The notes under the pieces are model-generated. The model saw nothing but the letters and a program-made list of their open reading frames with translations. It searched no databases and had not been told where the DNA came from. A program made the translations under genes and the position numbers. A stretch of DNA of 64,000 nt from an uncultured Fibrobacteraceae bacterium (GTDB lineage: Bacteria > Krumholzibacteriota > Krumholzibacteriia > LZORAL124-64-63): positions 84,614 through 148,613 of the forward strand of contig CAZWYF010000002.1 of NCBI GenBank assembly GCA_964637835.1. Reading direction: 5' to 3'. Shown here piece by piece: positions 1 through 9,565 of the stretch (within the stretch, counting starts at the first letter, position 1; every line of letters begins with the position of its first letter).

Positions 1-15
1 CGCGGAGGTAGATCG

Positions 16-399
16 ATGCACGAGCGCATCCTCATCGTGGACGACGAGGCCCCGGTGGCCAGCCTGCTCGAGCAGGCCCTGCGCCAGGAGGGCTACGAGG
101 TGGCCCGCGCCGACGACGGCATGGACGCCATGAACCGCATCCAGGCCTTCGAGCCGGACGTGGTGATCATGGACGTGATGATGCCCCGCCTGGACGGCGT
201 GCAGACCACGCGCCTGCTGCGACGCAACCGCAACTACCGCGACACCGTGATCATCGCCCTCTCCGCCCGGACCGACCAGCCCGCCCGCGACGCCATGCGC
301 GAGGCCGGCGCCAACCTCTACATGCGCAAGCCGTTCACCATCGCGCGCCTGGTCGAGCACGTTCGCGAGCTGCTCGACGCGCGGCCGGTGGGTCGCTAG
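16..399 (+). CDS. Single-domain response regulator (CheY-like receiver, REC only)
   Basis: ATG at 16 with GGAGG RBS at 4-9. Receiver signature residues are intact: 'ILIVDDE', phospho-acceptor 'VVIMDVMMP', 'ALSA', 'YMRKPF'. No output domain. Stop lies 7 bp before the kinase gene. Confidence 0.85.
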   Translation: MHERILIVDDEAPVASLLEQALRQEGYEVARADDGMDAMNRIQAFEPDVVIMDVMMPRLDGVQTTRLLRRNRNYRDTVIIALSARTDQPARDAMREAGANLYMRKPFTIARLVEHVRELLDARPVGR

Positions 400-405
400 G
401 AGATC

Positions 406-3400
406 ATGGATCTGGCCGTCGGCATTCCCGCCCTGTCCCAGGCCCTGCCGCCGCTCCCGGGCGCGCTGCAGGTGGCGGCCGCCATGGCGGCCGCCGTCCT
501 GGGACTGGTGCTGGCGCTGGTGGCCCAGCTGGCCTGGCGGCAGGCTGGCGCGGCGCCCTGGCGTCGGCTCCGCTTCTGCGGCCTGGCCCTGGTGGCGGCC
601 GCGGTGCTGCGCGGTCTGGCCACCCAGGCCACGCCGGCCGCGGGGCCGTTGCTGGGGGCGGCGCTCTCGGTGCTGGACCTGGTGGTGCTGGCCCTGATCC
701 TGGTGGCGACGTTGCAGGCGGGCCCCGCCGGCCGCGGGAGAGTCGTGCTGCTGGTCGCGCCCGCGCTGGCGACGCTGTTCCTCGGCCTGCTCGGCGGCGA
801 CCCGCAGGCCTCGCTCCTGGCGCGCAGCCTGCCGGCGGCCCTGGCGCACCTGGCCACCCTGGCGCTGGTGGTGGGCGTGGCGCAGGTGGAGTTCGACGCC
901 CGCACCCGCCGCGCCTGGCGCGACGCCGAGGCCCGTGCCGACCAGCTCCTGTGCGAGCGGCAGGCCCTGCAGGGCCGCGTGGAGGCGGCCGAGGCGGCGA
1001 GCGCCGAGGCCGACGGCCGCGCGGCGCGCAGCGTGGAGCTCGCGCGCGACGCCGGCCGCCGGGCGCGCCTGCTCGAGCACCTGCTGGCCGGGACGGTGGA
1101 ACTGTCGGCCCGCCGAGATCCCCGCGACCTGCTCCAGCACGCGGTGGAACTGGTGGGATTGCTCTTCGGATTCCAGCAGGTGGCGTTGCACCAGTGGTCG
1201 GAGTCCCTGGTCGCATTCGGCGTGCAGGCCACCACCGGCTGGTCGGAGGACGATGTCCAGCGCCTGGTGCACCAGCCCATCGACCGCGCCGGCTACGACC
1301 ATCTGGTCCACCCGCGCTTCCGGGTCTCCGACAGCTTCCTCGTGCCGCCGCCGGCGGTCGCCTGGCCCCCCGGCGGCCCGGCCGACGAGGTGGCCTGGCC
1401 CGAGGGCCAGCGCCTCATCGTGCCGTTGACCGACGCCAGCGGCACCGTCCACGGCTTCCTCGACCTGCAGCATCCGGAGTCCGGCCGCGCTCCCGACCTG
1501 CTGCGCATCCGCTATCTCGAGCTCCTCGCCCGCCAGGTGGCCGCCCTGCTGGACGTGCAGGAGGTGCGCGAGCATCTGGCCACCTGCCGCGCCGAGCTGG
1601 CCCACGCCGCCGACCGCCTGCAGGCCCTGGGCGACCTGCGCAGCAACTTCGTGGCCAACGTCAGCCACGAGCTGCGCACGCCGCTCACGTCGATCATCGG
1701 CTACACCGAGATGCTCCGCGACCGCGGCGAGGACATGTCCCGCGAGGTCCGCGAGGAGTTCCTGGACGTGATCCTCGAGCAGGGCCAGCGCTTCAAGGAG
1801 ATCGTCAACGACCTCCTCGATCTCGATCGCGCCGAGGAAGAGGCCGTGCGCATGGAGCGCACCGAGTGCGACCTCGCCGCCCTGACCCGCCGCCTGGCCG
1901 AGGACTGGCGCCAGCGGGCGGAGAAGCATGGTCGCCGGCTGACCGTCGAGGCCGGCCGCACCGCGATCCTGCTGGAGGCCGACCCGGTCCTCTGCCAGCA
2001 GCTCCTCGGCCACCTGGTGGATAACGCCCTGAAGTTCACGCCGCCCGACGGCCACATCGGCGTCCAGGTGACCGAGCAGGGCACCGCCGCCCGCATCGAG
2101 GTGGAGGACAGCGGCATCGGGATCCCGGAGGAGAAGCTGCACACCATCTTCGAGCAGTTCTACCAGGTGGACGGGTCCAGCACCCGCGAGGTGGGCGGCC
2201 AGGGCATCGGCCTGGCCATCTGCCAGGACATCGTCAGCTGGCACGACGGCCGCATCTGGGCCGAGAACCTGCCCGGGGGCGGGACGCGCTTCACCGTGCT
2301 GCTGCCGCGCCGGCCGCGCGTGGTGATGCCCGATCCGCCGGCCGCGGTGGATCCCGTGCTCCAGGAGCCGCGGCTGTTCCTGCAGCGATTGATCCACTGG
2401 GTGGGCGAGAACCTGGGCGTGCGCAACGCCGTGGTGCTCACCGTCGACCACGACGACGAGCACCTCACCGCCCTGGCGGCCACCGGCCTGCCCGCCGGAC
2501 AGCTCCAGGAGCTGCGCCTGGCGCCGGGCGTGGGCCTGGCCGGACGGGTCTGGCAGGAGCGCCGCAGTTCGCTCGAGATGCCGCCGGCCGGCGACGTGCT
2601 CCTGGCCGGCGAGTCGCCCGCCCTCTGCGTACCCCTGATCCGGGACGACCGGGTGCTCGGGGTGGTGGCGGTACGCGACCGCGTCGACGGCCGGCCCCTC
2701 GGGGACGACGACCGCCTGCTGCTCGAGGCCATGGCGCCCCAGCTGGCCATGCTCCTGGCCCGCTTCGACGCCCATGACCACCTGCTGCGCGACTTCGCCG
2801 CGGTGCAGTCCTCGCTGCGCGTGACCACCCGCGTGGGCAGCCTGCCCCACGCCGACGTCGCGGGCGTCTGCCAGGCGATCTGTCTGGCCACCGCCCGGCG
2901 CCTGGGCCTGCCCGAGGCCGACGTCCGCCACCTGGCCTTCGCCCTGCAGTACTACGACGTGGGCCTGGGCAGCGTGCCGCCCTACCTCCTGGCCAAGACC
3001 GGCCCGCTCACCGATGGCGAGCGCGCGCAGCTCGAGCGCCACGTCCAGGTGGGCCTGGTGACCCTGGCGCCGCTGCAGCTGCCGCCCAAGGTGCGGCAGA
3101 TCATCCTGCACCATCACGAGAACTACGACGGCTCCGGCTACCCCAAGGGGCTGGTCGGCGAGGCCATCCCTCTCGGCTCGCGCCTGATCGCCCTGGCCGA
3201 CAGCCTGCGGGCCCTGCTGCAGCGCCGGCCCTGGCGGCCGGCGGTGCCCCTCTCGGAGGCCCTGGCGGAGATCCAGGCGCTGGCCGGCACCCGGTACTGC
3301 CCGCGACTGACCGCCGTCTTCCTGGAGGAGGCCGCCCGGCGCCGCGCCCTCATCGAGGACCTGCGCCAGCGCGCCGACGACGGCGAGGATCTCAAGCGGC

Positions 3401-3438
3401 CGGTGCCGCTGCACCCGGTGCAGCTGGTCCGCCACTGA
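406..3438 (+). CDS. Membrane-anchored hybrid sensor histidine kinase. About 5 N-terminal TM helices and an Ala/Arg-rich coiled coil, then HisKA+HATPase_c, a GAF domain and a C-terminal HD-GYP-like domain.
   Basis: H-box 'NVSHELRTPLTSIIGYTEMLRD'. N/G boxes 'LVDNALKFT', 'VEDSGIGIP', 'GGQGIGLAI'. GAF region 'VGLAGRVWQERRSSLEM...VLGVVAVRD'. HD-GYP signature 'HHHENYDGSGYPKGL' is intact, but the HD dyad reads 'YDVGL' instead of 'HDIGK'. Confidence 0.8.
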   Translation: MDLAVGIPALSQALPPLPGALQVAAAMAAAVLGLVLALVAQLAWRQAGAAPWRRLRFCGLALVAAAVLRGLATQATPAAGPLLGAALSVLDLVVLALILVATLQAGPAGRGRVVLLVAPALATLFLGLLGGDPQASLLARSLPAALAHLATLALVVGVAQVEFDARTRRAWRDAEARADQLLCERQALQGRVEAAEAASAEADGRAARSVELARDAGRRARLLEHLLAGTVELSARRDPRDLLQHAVELVGLLFGFQQVALHQWSESLVAFGVQATTGWSEDDVQRLVHQPIDRAGYDHLVHPRFRVSDSFLVPPPAVAWPPGGPADEVAWPEGQRLIVPLTDASGTVHGFLDLQHPESGRAPDLLRIRYLELLARQVAALLDVQEVREHLATCRAELAHAADRLQALGDLRSNFVANVSHELRTPLTSIIGYTEMLRDRGEDMSREVREEFLDVILEQGQRFKEIVNDLLDLDRAEEEAVRMERTECDLAALTRRLAEDWRQRAEKHGRRLTVEAGRTAILLEADPVLCQQLLGHLVDNALKFTPPDGHIGVQVTEQGTAARIEVEDSGIGIPEEKLHTIFEQFYQVDGSSTREVGGQGIGLAICQDIVSWHDGRIWAENLPGGGTRFTVLLPRRPRVVMPDPPAAVDPVLQEPRLFLQRLIHWVGENLGVRNAVVLTVDHDDEHLTALAATGLPAGQLQELRLAPGVGLAGRVWQERRSSLEMPPAGDVLLAGESPALCVPLIRDDRVLGVVAVRDRVDGRPLGDDDRLLLEAMAPQLAMLLARFDAHDHLLRDFAAVQSSLRVTTRVGSLPHADVAGVCQAICLATARRLGLPEADVRHLAFALQYYDVGLGSVPPYLLAKTGPLTDGERAQLERHVQVGLVTLAPLQLPPKVRQIILHHHENYDGSGYPKGLVGEAIPLGSRLIALADSLRALLQRRPWRPAVPLSEALAEIQALAGTRYCPRLTAVFLEEAARRRALIEDLRQRADDGEDLKRPVPLHPVQLVRH

Positions 3439-3522
3439 TCGGACTCAAGCGACGCTCCCGGACGCCGATCAGGGCGTCGAGAGGAGATCGCCCAGCGACC
3501 CCGCGCCCCGGAGGCGAACGAC

Positions 3523-3894
3523 GTGCAGAAGATCCTGGTCTGCGATGACGATCCGCACATCCGCAACATCATCGACTTCGGCCTGGAGGCCGAGGGTTTC
3601 CAGGTGCTCGTGGGCGCCGACGGGCCGCAGGCCCTGACCCTGGCCCGCAGCGAGCATCCGGACCTGGTGATCCTCGACGTGATGATGCCGGGCTCGGACG
3701 GCCTCGAGGTCTGCCGGACCCTGAAGCAGGACCCGGCCACCAGCCAGATCCCCGTGCTGCTGCTCACCGCGCGCGCGGGCAAGGCCGATCGTGATCTCGG
3801 CCTGGCCGCCGGCGCCGACGACTACATCACCAAGCCGTTCAGCCCGCCGCGCCTGGTGGAGAAGGTGCAGAGCGTGCTCGGCGTCCGCCCCTGA
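3523..3894 (+). CDS. Single-domain response regulator (REC only)
   Basis: GTG start at 3523 with GGAGG 8 nt upstream. 'ILVCDDD', 'LVILDVMMPGSDG', 'LLTAR', 'YITKPF'. Confidence 0.85.
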   Translation: MQKILVCDDDPHIRNIIDFGLEAEGFQVLVGADGPQALTLARSEHPDLVILDVMMPGSDGLEVCRTLKQDPATSQIPVLLLTARAGKADRDLGLAAGADDYITKPFSPPRLVEKVQSVLGVRP

Positions 3895-4006
3895 ACCCCC
3901 CGGCGGCGCCGGCCGCCGGGAGGCCACCGGCGTCGAACCGCGGCGCGACGCGACCCTGGCGGTCGTGCCGCGCCGCCGCTTGTCCGGCGCCCCGCCCGCC
4001 GCTACC

Positions 4007-6112
4007 ATGCCCCGACCGAACCTCGCCGCCCCGTCCGCTCGACGGGGCGGCCGTCCCCGTCCCCGCGAGGTGGTCGTGGAGCGCCTGCTGGTCGACGTCG
4101 CCCTGCCCGTGCCCCTGACCGGCCCCTTCACCTACCGCTGGACCCCGGCGGTGGCGGGGGGCGTGCCGGAGGCCGGCGACCTGGTGCGGGCGCCCTTCGG
4201 GCGGCGGCGGGGCCTGATCGGGCTGGTGGAATCGGTGCGCGAGGATCCCGAGGCCGTCACCACGGTGGGCGGCACGCCGCTGCGCGATCTCGTGGCCGTG
4301 CTGCCGCCGGCGTACCGTCTGGACACGGCGCGCCGGGCCCTGGCCGCCTGGCTGGCCGGGTACTACGCGGTACCCCTCGGCGAGGTGGTCCCGCTGTTCC
4401 ATCCCCCGAAGCCGGAGACCCGCGGCCGTCGGTCGCGCCTCGAGATCCCGGCCTTTCCCCTGCAGGAGTCGCCGGACGTGCCCGATCCCACGCCGGCCCA
4501 GGCCCGCGTGATCGCGGCGGCGGCGGAGCTGCTGGCCGCCGGGCGGTTCGGCTCGCTCCTGGTGCACGGGGTGACCGGCAGCGGCAAGACCGAGGTCTTC
4601 CTGCGCGTCATCGCCGACGCCCTGGACCGGGGGCGGGGCGCGCTCTACCTGTTGCCCGAGATCGCGCTGACGCCCCAGACCCTCGCGCGCATCGCCGCGC
4701 GCTTCGGCGACCGTGCGGCGGCCATCCACAGCGGCCTGTCCGCGGGGGAGCGCTGCCGGGTCCACGAGGCGGCCGCCGCGGGGGAGATCCAGGTGGTGGT
4801 GGGGCCCCGCTCGGCCCTCTTCGCGCCGGTGCGCGATCTGGGCGTGGTGGTGGTGGACGAGGAGCACGAGACCAGCTACAAGCAGGACGAGAAGCCCCGC
4901 TACCATGCGCGCGACGTGGCCCTGGTGAGGGGTCGTCAGGCCGGGGCGGTGGTGCTGCTGGGCTCGGCCACGCCGGACCTGACGAGCTGGTCGCGGGCGC
5001 GCGAGGGCAAGCACCAGCTGCACGTGCTGGCCGACCGGGTGGGCGGCGCCGACCTGCCGCGGATCGAGCTCATCGACCTGCGGGGCGAGGCGCCGCAGGA
5101 CGGCTTCAGCGAGCCGCTGCTCGAGGCGGTGGCCGAGACGGTGGCCGCGGGCCGGCAGGTGATCCTCTACCACAACCGCCGGGGCTTCGCCCGCCAGCTG
5201 CAGTGCCGCGACTGCGGCGTGGTGGTGATGTGCCCCCACTGCGACATCGGCCTGACCTGGCACCTGCGTCCTCGCCGCCTGCTCTGCCACTACTGCGGCC
5301 ACGCCCGCGAGGTGCCGGCGGCCTGTCCGGAGTGCCGGGCGGAGGCGTTCCTGCCCGCCGGCGGGGGGACCGAGAAGACCGAACTGGTGCTGCGGGCCAC
5401 CCTGCCGGAGGCGACCATCCTGCGGCTCGATCACGACACCACCCGCCGGCGGGGCAGCCACGCCCGCATCCTCACGCAGTTCGCCGCCGGGAAGGCCCAG
5501 ATCCTGGTGGGAACCCAGATGGTGGCCAAGGGGCACCACTTCCCCGGCGTGGCGCTGGTGGGAGTCCTGGCGGCCGACGATGGCCTCTCGCTGCCGGACT
5601 ATCGCGCGGCCGAGCGGGTGTTCCAGCTGCTGACCCAGGTGGCCGGCCGGGCGGGACGCCGTGACGCGGGTCAGGTGCTGCTGCAGACCTGGCAGCCCGA
5701 GCACCCGGTGATCCTGGCCGCCGCCGACCATGACTACGCCGGCTTCGCCATGGCCGAGAGCGCGCACCGGCGGCGGGCGGGCTATCCGCCCTTCCAGCGC
5801 CTGATCCGGCTGGGTGTGACCGGTCCACGGCAGGCCGACACCGCGCGGGCGGCGGCCCAGCTCGCCGCCGCGGTCGAACGGCAGCTGGGTGGTCGCACGA
5901 AGGCGGGCGCCGGCGACGGCGGGCTGGAGGTCCTGGGCCCGGCACCCGCCGTCTTCGCCCGGCTGCAGGGGCGCTACCGCCAGCAACTCCTCCTGAAGGG
6001 GACCCTCGACCGGGGGCAGAAGGCCTGGCTCGCCCGCTGCGCGCAGGCGCTCCGGGAGGCGCACCGCGGCCTGGACGTGGCCCTCGACGTCGATCCGGCC
6101 GGACTGTTCTGA
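4007..6112 (+). CDS. priA: Primosomal protein N' (PriA replication-restart helicase)
   Basis: Walker A 'GVTGSGKTEV', DEAH-like 'VVDEEHETSYKQDE', Cys4 zinc-binding 'CRDCGVVVMCPHCD...CHYCGH...CPECRA'. The six-frame ORF begins at 3791 and overlaps the REC gene; ATG at 4007 precedes the conserved PriA N-terminus 'VERLLVDVALPVPL'. Start is uncertain. Confidence 0.85.
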   Translation: MPRPNLAAPSARRGGRPRPREVVVERLLVDVALPVPLTGPFTYRWTPAVAGGVPEAGDLVRAPFGRRRGLIGLVESVREDPEAVTTVGGTPLRDLVAVLPPAYRLDTARRALAAWLAGYYAVPLGEVVPLFHPPKPETRGRRSRLEIPAFPLQESPDVPDPTPAQARVIAAAAELLAAGRFGSLLVHGVTGSGKTEVFLRVIADALDRGRGALYLLPEIALTPQTLARIAARFGDRAAAIHSGLSAGERCRVHEAAAAGEIQVVVGPRSALFAPVRDLGVVVVDEEHETSYKQDEKPRYHARDVALVRGRQAGAVVLLGSATPDLTSWSRAREGKHQLHVLADRVGGADLPRIELIDLRGEAPQDGFSEPLLEAVAETVAAGRQVILYHNRRGFARQLQCRDCGVVVMCPHCDIGLTWHLRPRRLLCHYCGHAREVPAACPECRAEAFLPAGGGTEKTELVLRATLPEATILRLDHDTTRRRGSHARILTQFAAGKAQILVGTQMVAKGHHFPGVALVGVLAADDGLSLPDYRAAERVFQLLTQVAGRAGRRDAGQVLLQTWQPEHPVILAAADHDYAGFAMAESAHRRRAGYPPFQRLIRLGVTGPRQADTARAAAQLAAAVERQLGGRTKAGAGDGGLEVLGPAPAVFARLQGRYRQQLLLKGTLDRGQKAWLARCAQALREAHRGLDVALDVDPAGLF

Positions 6113-6344
6113 TCCTGATTTCGCGGGGCCCGTAACCCGTTCTCGCGCGATGGGCTGCCATCACGAGGGGGCTTCCGGGGAACGGTTCGCAGCAGCGCCG
6201 GGCCACCGGTACGAAAATTGATCCACGGTTTCGTGAGGTTCACGATGTATGCTTGAGCGGTGCCCGCTGCCCGTTCCGCGGCGCGGCCGCGTGCAGCCTG
6301 CCTGCCACGCGCCGCCGCCCGTTTCCGTGCCGAGGAGGCCGACC

Positions 6345-9300
6345 ATGACCCGCCGTCCGTCGCCGCGCGCCGCCGCGCGCCCGATCCTGCTGCTGCTGCT
6401 CGCCGCCAGCCTGCTGTCCCTGGCGGCCGCCACGGCCCTCGCCGAGCAGACCTACACGCGCGGCTTCGTCCCCCCGGAGAACTGGGAACGGATCCTCGAG
6501 GAGCGCCGCGTCCTCTACCCGCCGAACAAGGATCCGCTGCCCACCCACTGGGACTGGCGCGCCCACGAGGGCGTGACCCCGCCCAAGGACCAGGGCAGCT
6601 GCGGCTCCTGCTGGGCGTTCGCCGCCGCGGGCGAGATGGAGGCCAAGATCCGCATCGAGTACGGCAAGGTGCTGGACCTCTCCGAGCAGCAGATCATCTC
6701 CTGCAACCCGTACGGTTCCGGCTGCAACGGTGGCTGGGCCGGCTCGGCCTACTACGTCTTCATGCATCATGGCGGGGTCATGGAGCATTGCATGCCCTAC
6801 GAGGGCAGCGACGACGTGCCCTGCGCCCAGGACGACTACCTCCAGTTCACCACCATGGATACCTGGCATTCCCTCGCCAACGACGTCCAGCAGATCAAGA
6901 CCGCGGTCTACAACGACGGGCCGGTCTGCACCGCGGTGGACGCCAACGACGCCTGGGACGACTATGGCGGTGGCGTCATCGACGCCCAGGGCTACGGCAC
7001 CAACCACCTGGTGCTCATCGTCGGCTGGGACGACCGCATGGGCGCCGATGGCGCCTGGATCGTGAAGAACTCCTGGGGCGCGGGCTGGGGCGAGGCGGGC
7101 TACTGCTACGTGGCCTACGGCGCCACCAGCATCGGCACCGGCGTCACCTCCCTGAGCTACACGCCGCCGCCGGTGGACGTGGGCGTCTCCTCGCCGCCAG
7201 CCGACGTCCAGGTCTTCGGCGACGCCCCCCTGACCATCACCTGGAACACCTCCGGCGAGCCGGTCGATCAGGTGGATCTCTACTACGGCACCGTGGGCAA
7301 CTGCCCCTCCGAGCCCATCGCCCTGGGCCTGCCCAACACCGGCAGCTACGAGTGGGTGGTGCCCAACGTCACCACCGACCGCGCCACGGTGCTGGTCCTG
7401 CCCAGCGAGGGGACCGAGCAGGGGTTCGGCTTCAGCGAGGGCGAGTTCGCCATCCTCGGTCACCAGACGCGGTACGTCTCGCCCTCCGGCGGGGACATCC
7501 CGCCCTACGACGCCCCCGACCGGGCGGCGCGCTCCATCGTCGACGCCGTCCTCGCCGGCGCCGGCCGCGACACCATCATGATCGCCGCCGGCGACTACCT
7601 CGAGAGCTCCATCACGGTGAACTCGCCCGCGCATCTCATCGGCGGCTGGAGCGCCGATTTCGCCACCCACGATCCCGACCTGCACGTCACCCGCCTGCGC
7701 GGCGTCTACGGCACCTTGCGCTTCAGTTCCGCGGCCGGCGACTATTGCGGGGTCAGCGGCATCACCTTCCACGACTGCCAGGCGGCGGTGAGCACCACGC
7801 CGGTCAACGGCCGCCATGGCGCGGCCATCCTGGCCCTCGATGCCTCGCCCGTGATCACCGATTGCGTCTTCATCGGCAACCGGGCCGATCCCGGCATGAG
7901 CCTCGGCTGGGGCGGGGCGGTCCTGGCGCACGGCGGCTCGCCGGTGATCCGGGACTGCGAGTTCATCGGCAACATCGGCAGCCACGGCGGCGCCCTGGCG
8001 CTGTCGTCCTGCGACGGCGCGCTGGTGGAGGACTGCACCTTCCTGGCCAACAGCACCAGCGACAGCTCCACTGCGTACGTCGGCGGCGCCATCCACGTGT
8101 CCGGCGGCGAGGCCACCCTGCGCCGTGCCGAACTGCGGGCGGGCGGCTCGGGACGGGGCGGCGGTCTGGCGATCACCGGCGGCGCCCAGGTGGTGGCCGA
8201 GGACCTGGTCCTCGCCGACAACCGGGCTCTGGTGGCGGGCGCCGGCGTCCACGTGGACCAGGCGGCCAGTCTGCAGCTGATCCGCGGCGAGGTGGTGGCC
8301 AACGCCCTGCACACGGGCAGCGGCAACGGCGGCGGCCTGGCGGCCAGCGAGGCGACCCTGACCCTCGTGGGCGTCCAGTTCCGCGACAACACGGCGCCGG
8401 GAATCGGCGGCGGCATCTACGCCCAGGGCCTGGCCGGCGGCAGGCTGGAGAACTGCCTGCTCCGCGGCAACACGGGTCAGACCGGCGGCGGGGTCTTCGT
8501 GGCCGCGAGCGGGCCCTACCAGGTGCGCAACAACGTGGTGGTGGGCAACCTGGGCGGCGGCCTGTTCGCCGGCGGGCCGGAAATGGTGAGCGATTACAAC
8601 CTGGCCCACGACAACGCGGGCGGCGATTTCCAGTCGGCCCCCGGGGAGCACGACCACGTGGCGGCGCCCGTCTTCGCCGACGCGGCCGGGGGCGACTTCG
8701 CGCCCGGCCTGCACTCGCCGCTCCTCGACAGCGGCGATCCGGCCACCGGCGAGGACTGGGACGGCGGGGCCGTGGACCGCGGGCCGTACGGCGGTCCGCT
8801 GGCCGTGCCCAGCGGACCGGGCCGCGTCACCGGGCTGGCGGGCTCGCAGCAGGATGGCGTGGTGAGCCTGAGCTGGGACGCGAGCCCCGACGCCGTCGCC
8901 TACGCCGTCTACCGCGACACCGCGGCGGTGTTCCTGCCCGGGCTGACCAGCCTCTGCGCCCTGGTCGACGCGCCCGCGACCTCCTGCGATGATGCGCCGC
9001 CCGCGGGGGCGGACTGGTACTACCTGGTCGGCGCGCTGGCGGCCGATGGCCGCGCCGGCGGCTTCAGTGCGCGATACGAGGCCGGTGGCACCAGCGTGCC
9101 GGTGGCGGACGGGGGCCTGCCGCGGGCCCTGGCCATCGGCAGCGTCGCGCCCAATCCCTTCAATCCGCGCACCGTGGTGCGGTTCGCGGTCCCGGACGCC
9201 GGGCCGGTGCGCCTGCAGGTCTACGACCTGCGGGGCCGTCTGGTGCGGACGCTCCATGCCGGGCGCCTGGAGGCCGGCAGCCACACCGTCGCCTGGGACG

Positions 9301-9401
9301 GCAGCGACGCGCGGGGGCGCGCCGCGGCGGCGGGCGTCTACTGCGTGCGCCTGGATGACGGGCAGCGCGCGGTGACGGTCAAGGCGGTGCTGGCCAAGTA
9401 G
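6345..9401 (+). CDS. Secreted papain-like (C1A) cysteine protease fused to right-handed beta-helix repeats, ending in a T9SS type-A sorting domain
   Basis: ATG 6345 preceded by GAGGAGG. Signal peptide 'RPILLLLLAASLLSLAAATALA'. Catalytic Cys 'QGSCGSCWAF', His 'NHLVLIVGW', Asn 'KNSWGAGWGEAGY'. Repeated 'GGA..V.GG' beta-helix units. T9SS tail 'NPFNPRTVVRFAVPDAGPVRLQVYDLRGRLVRTL...GVYCVRL'. Confidence 0.88.
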   Translation: MTRRPSPRAAARPILLLLLAASLLSLAAATALAEQTYTRGFVPPENWERILEERRVLYPPNKDPLPTHWDWRAHEGVTPPKDQGSCGSCWAFAAAGEMEAKIRIEYGKVLDLSEQQIISCNPYGSGCNGGWAGSAYYVFMHHGGVMEHCMPYEGSDDVPCAQDDYLQFTTMDTWHSLANDVQQIKTAVYNDGPVCTAVDANDAWDDYGGGVIDAQGYGTNHLVLIVGWDDRMGADGAWIVKNSWGAGWGEAGYCYVAYGATSIGTGVTSLSYTPPPVDVGVSSPPADVQVFGDAPLTITWNTSGEPVDQVDLYYGTVGNCPSEPIALGLPNTGSYEWVVPNVTTDRATVLVLPSEGTEQGFGFSEGEFAILGHQTRYVSPSGGDIPPYDAPDRAARSIVDAVLAGAGRDTIMIAAGDYLESSITVNSPAHLIGGWSADFATHDPDLHVTRLRGVYGTLRFSSAAGDYCGVSGITFHDCQAAVSTTPVNGRHGAAILALDASPVITDCVFIGNRADPGMSLGWGGAVLAHGGSPVIRDCEFIGNIGSHGGALALSSCDGALVEDCTFLANSTSDSSTAYVGGAIHVSGGEATLRRAELRAGGSGRGGGLAITGGAQVVAEDLVLADNRALVAGAGVHVDQAASLQLIRGEVVANALHTGSGNGGGLAASEATLTLVGVQFRDNTAPGIGGGIYAQGLAGGRLENCLLRGNTGQTGGGVFVAASGPYQVRNNVVVGNLGGGLFAGGPEMVSDYNLAHDNAGGDFQSAPGEHDHVAAPVFADAAGGDFAPGLHSPLLDSGDPATGEDWDGGAVDRGPYGGPLAVPSGPGRVTGLAGSQQDGVVSLSWDASPDAVAYAVYRDTAAVFLPGLTSLCALVDAPATSCDDAPPAGADWYYLVGALAADGRAGGFSARYEAGGTSVPVADGGLPRALAIGSVAPNPFNPRTVVRFAVPDAGPVRLQVYDLRGRLVRTLHAGRLEAGSHTVAWDGSDARGRAAAAGVYCVRLDDGQRAVTVKAVLAK

Positions 9402-9432
9402 AAGCGCGACAGCGGCCTGCGAAACCCTACCC

Positions 9433-9465
9433 GGGGCGTCGTATATTGCGGCGCCCCTTTTACTT
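9433..9465 (+). terminator. Intrinsic terminator-like hairpin after the protease gene
   Basis: GGGGCGTCG-tatattg-CGGCGCCCC (9-bp stem with one G.U pair) followed by 'TTTTACTT'. Confidence 0.55.
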
Positions 9466-9565
9466 GTGTCGCTCCGGGCTGCTACCTACCTTTGCGCGGA
9501 CCGAAAGCCTCCGCTACCGCACGACGCTCTCCGGATGCGCCGAAACTCCACAAGGAAGGTGACTG

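Noticed and set aside
3791-4006. N-terminal 72-codon extension of priA overlapping the REC gene on the same strand
   Set aside because: Same-strand overlap with a well-supported gene, low-complexity translation. Conserved PriA N-terminus begins just after ATG 4007.
6240-9284. 1014-aa minus-strand ORF antisense to the protease gene
   Set aside because: Arg/Gly/Ala/Val/His-rich composition typical of antisense frames in 70% GC DNA. No motifs. The sense strand has an unambiguous papain catalytic triad, signal peptide and T9SS tail.
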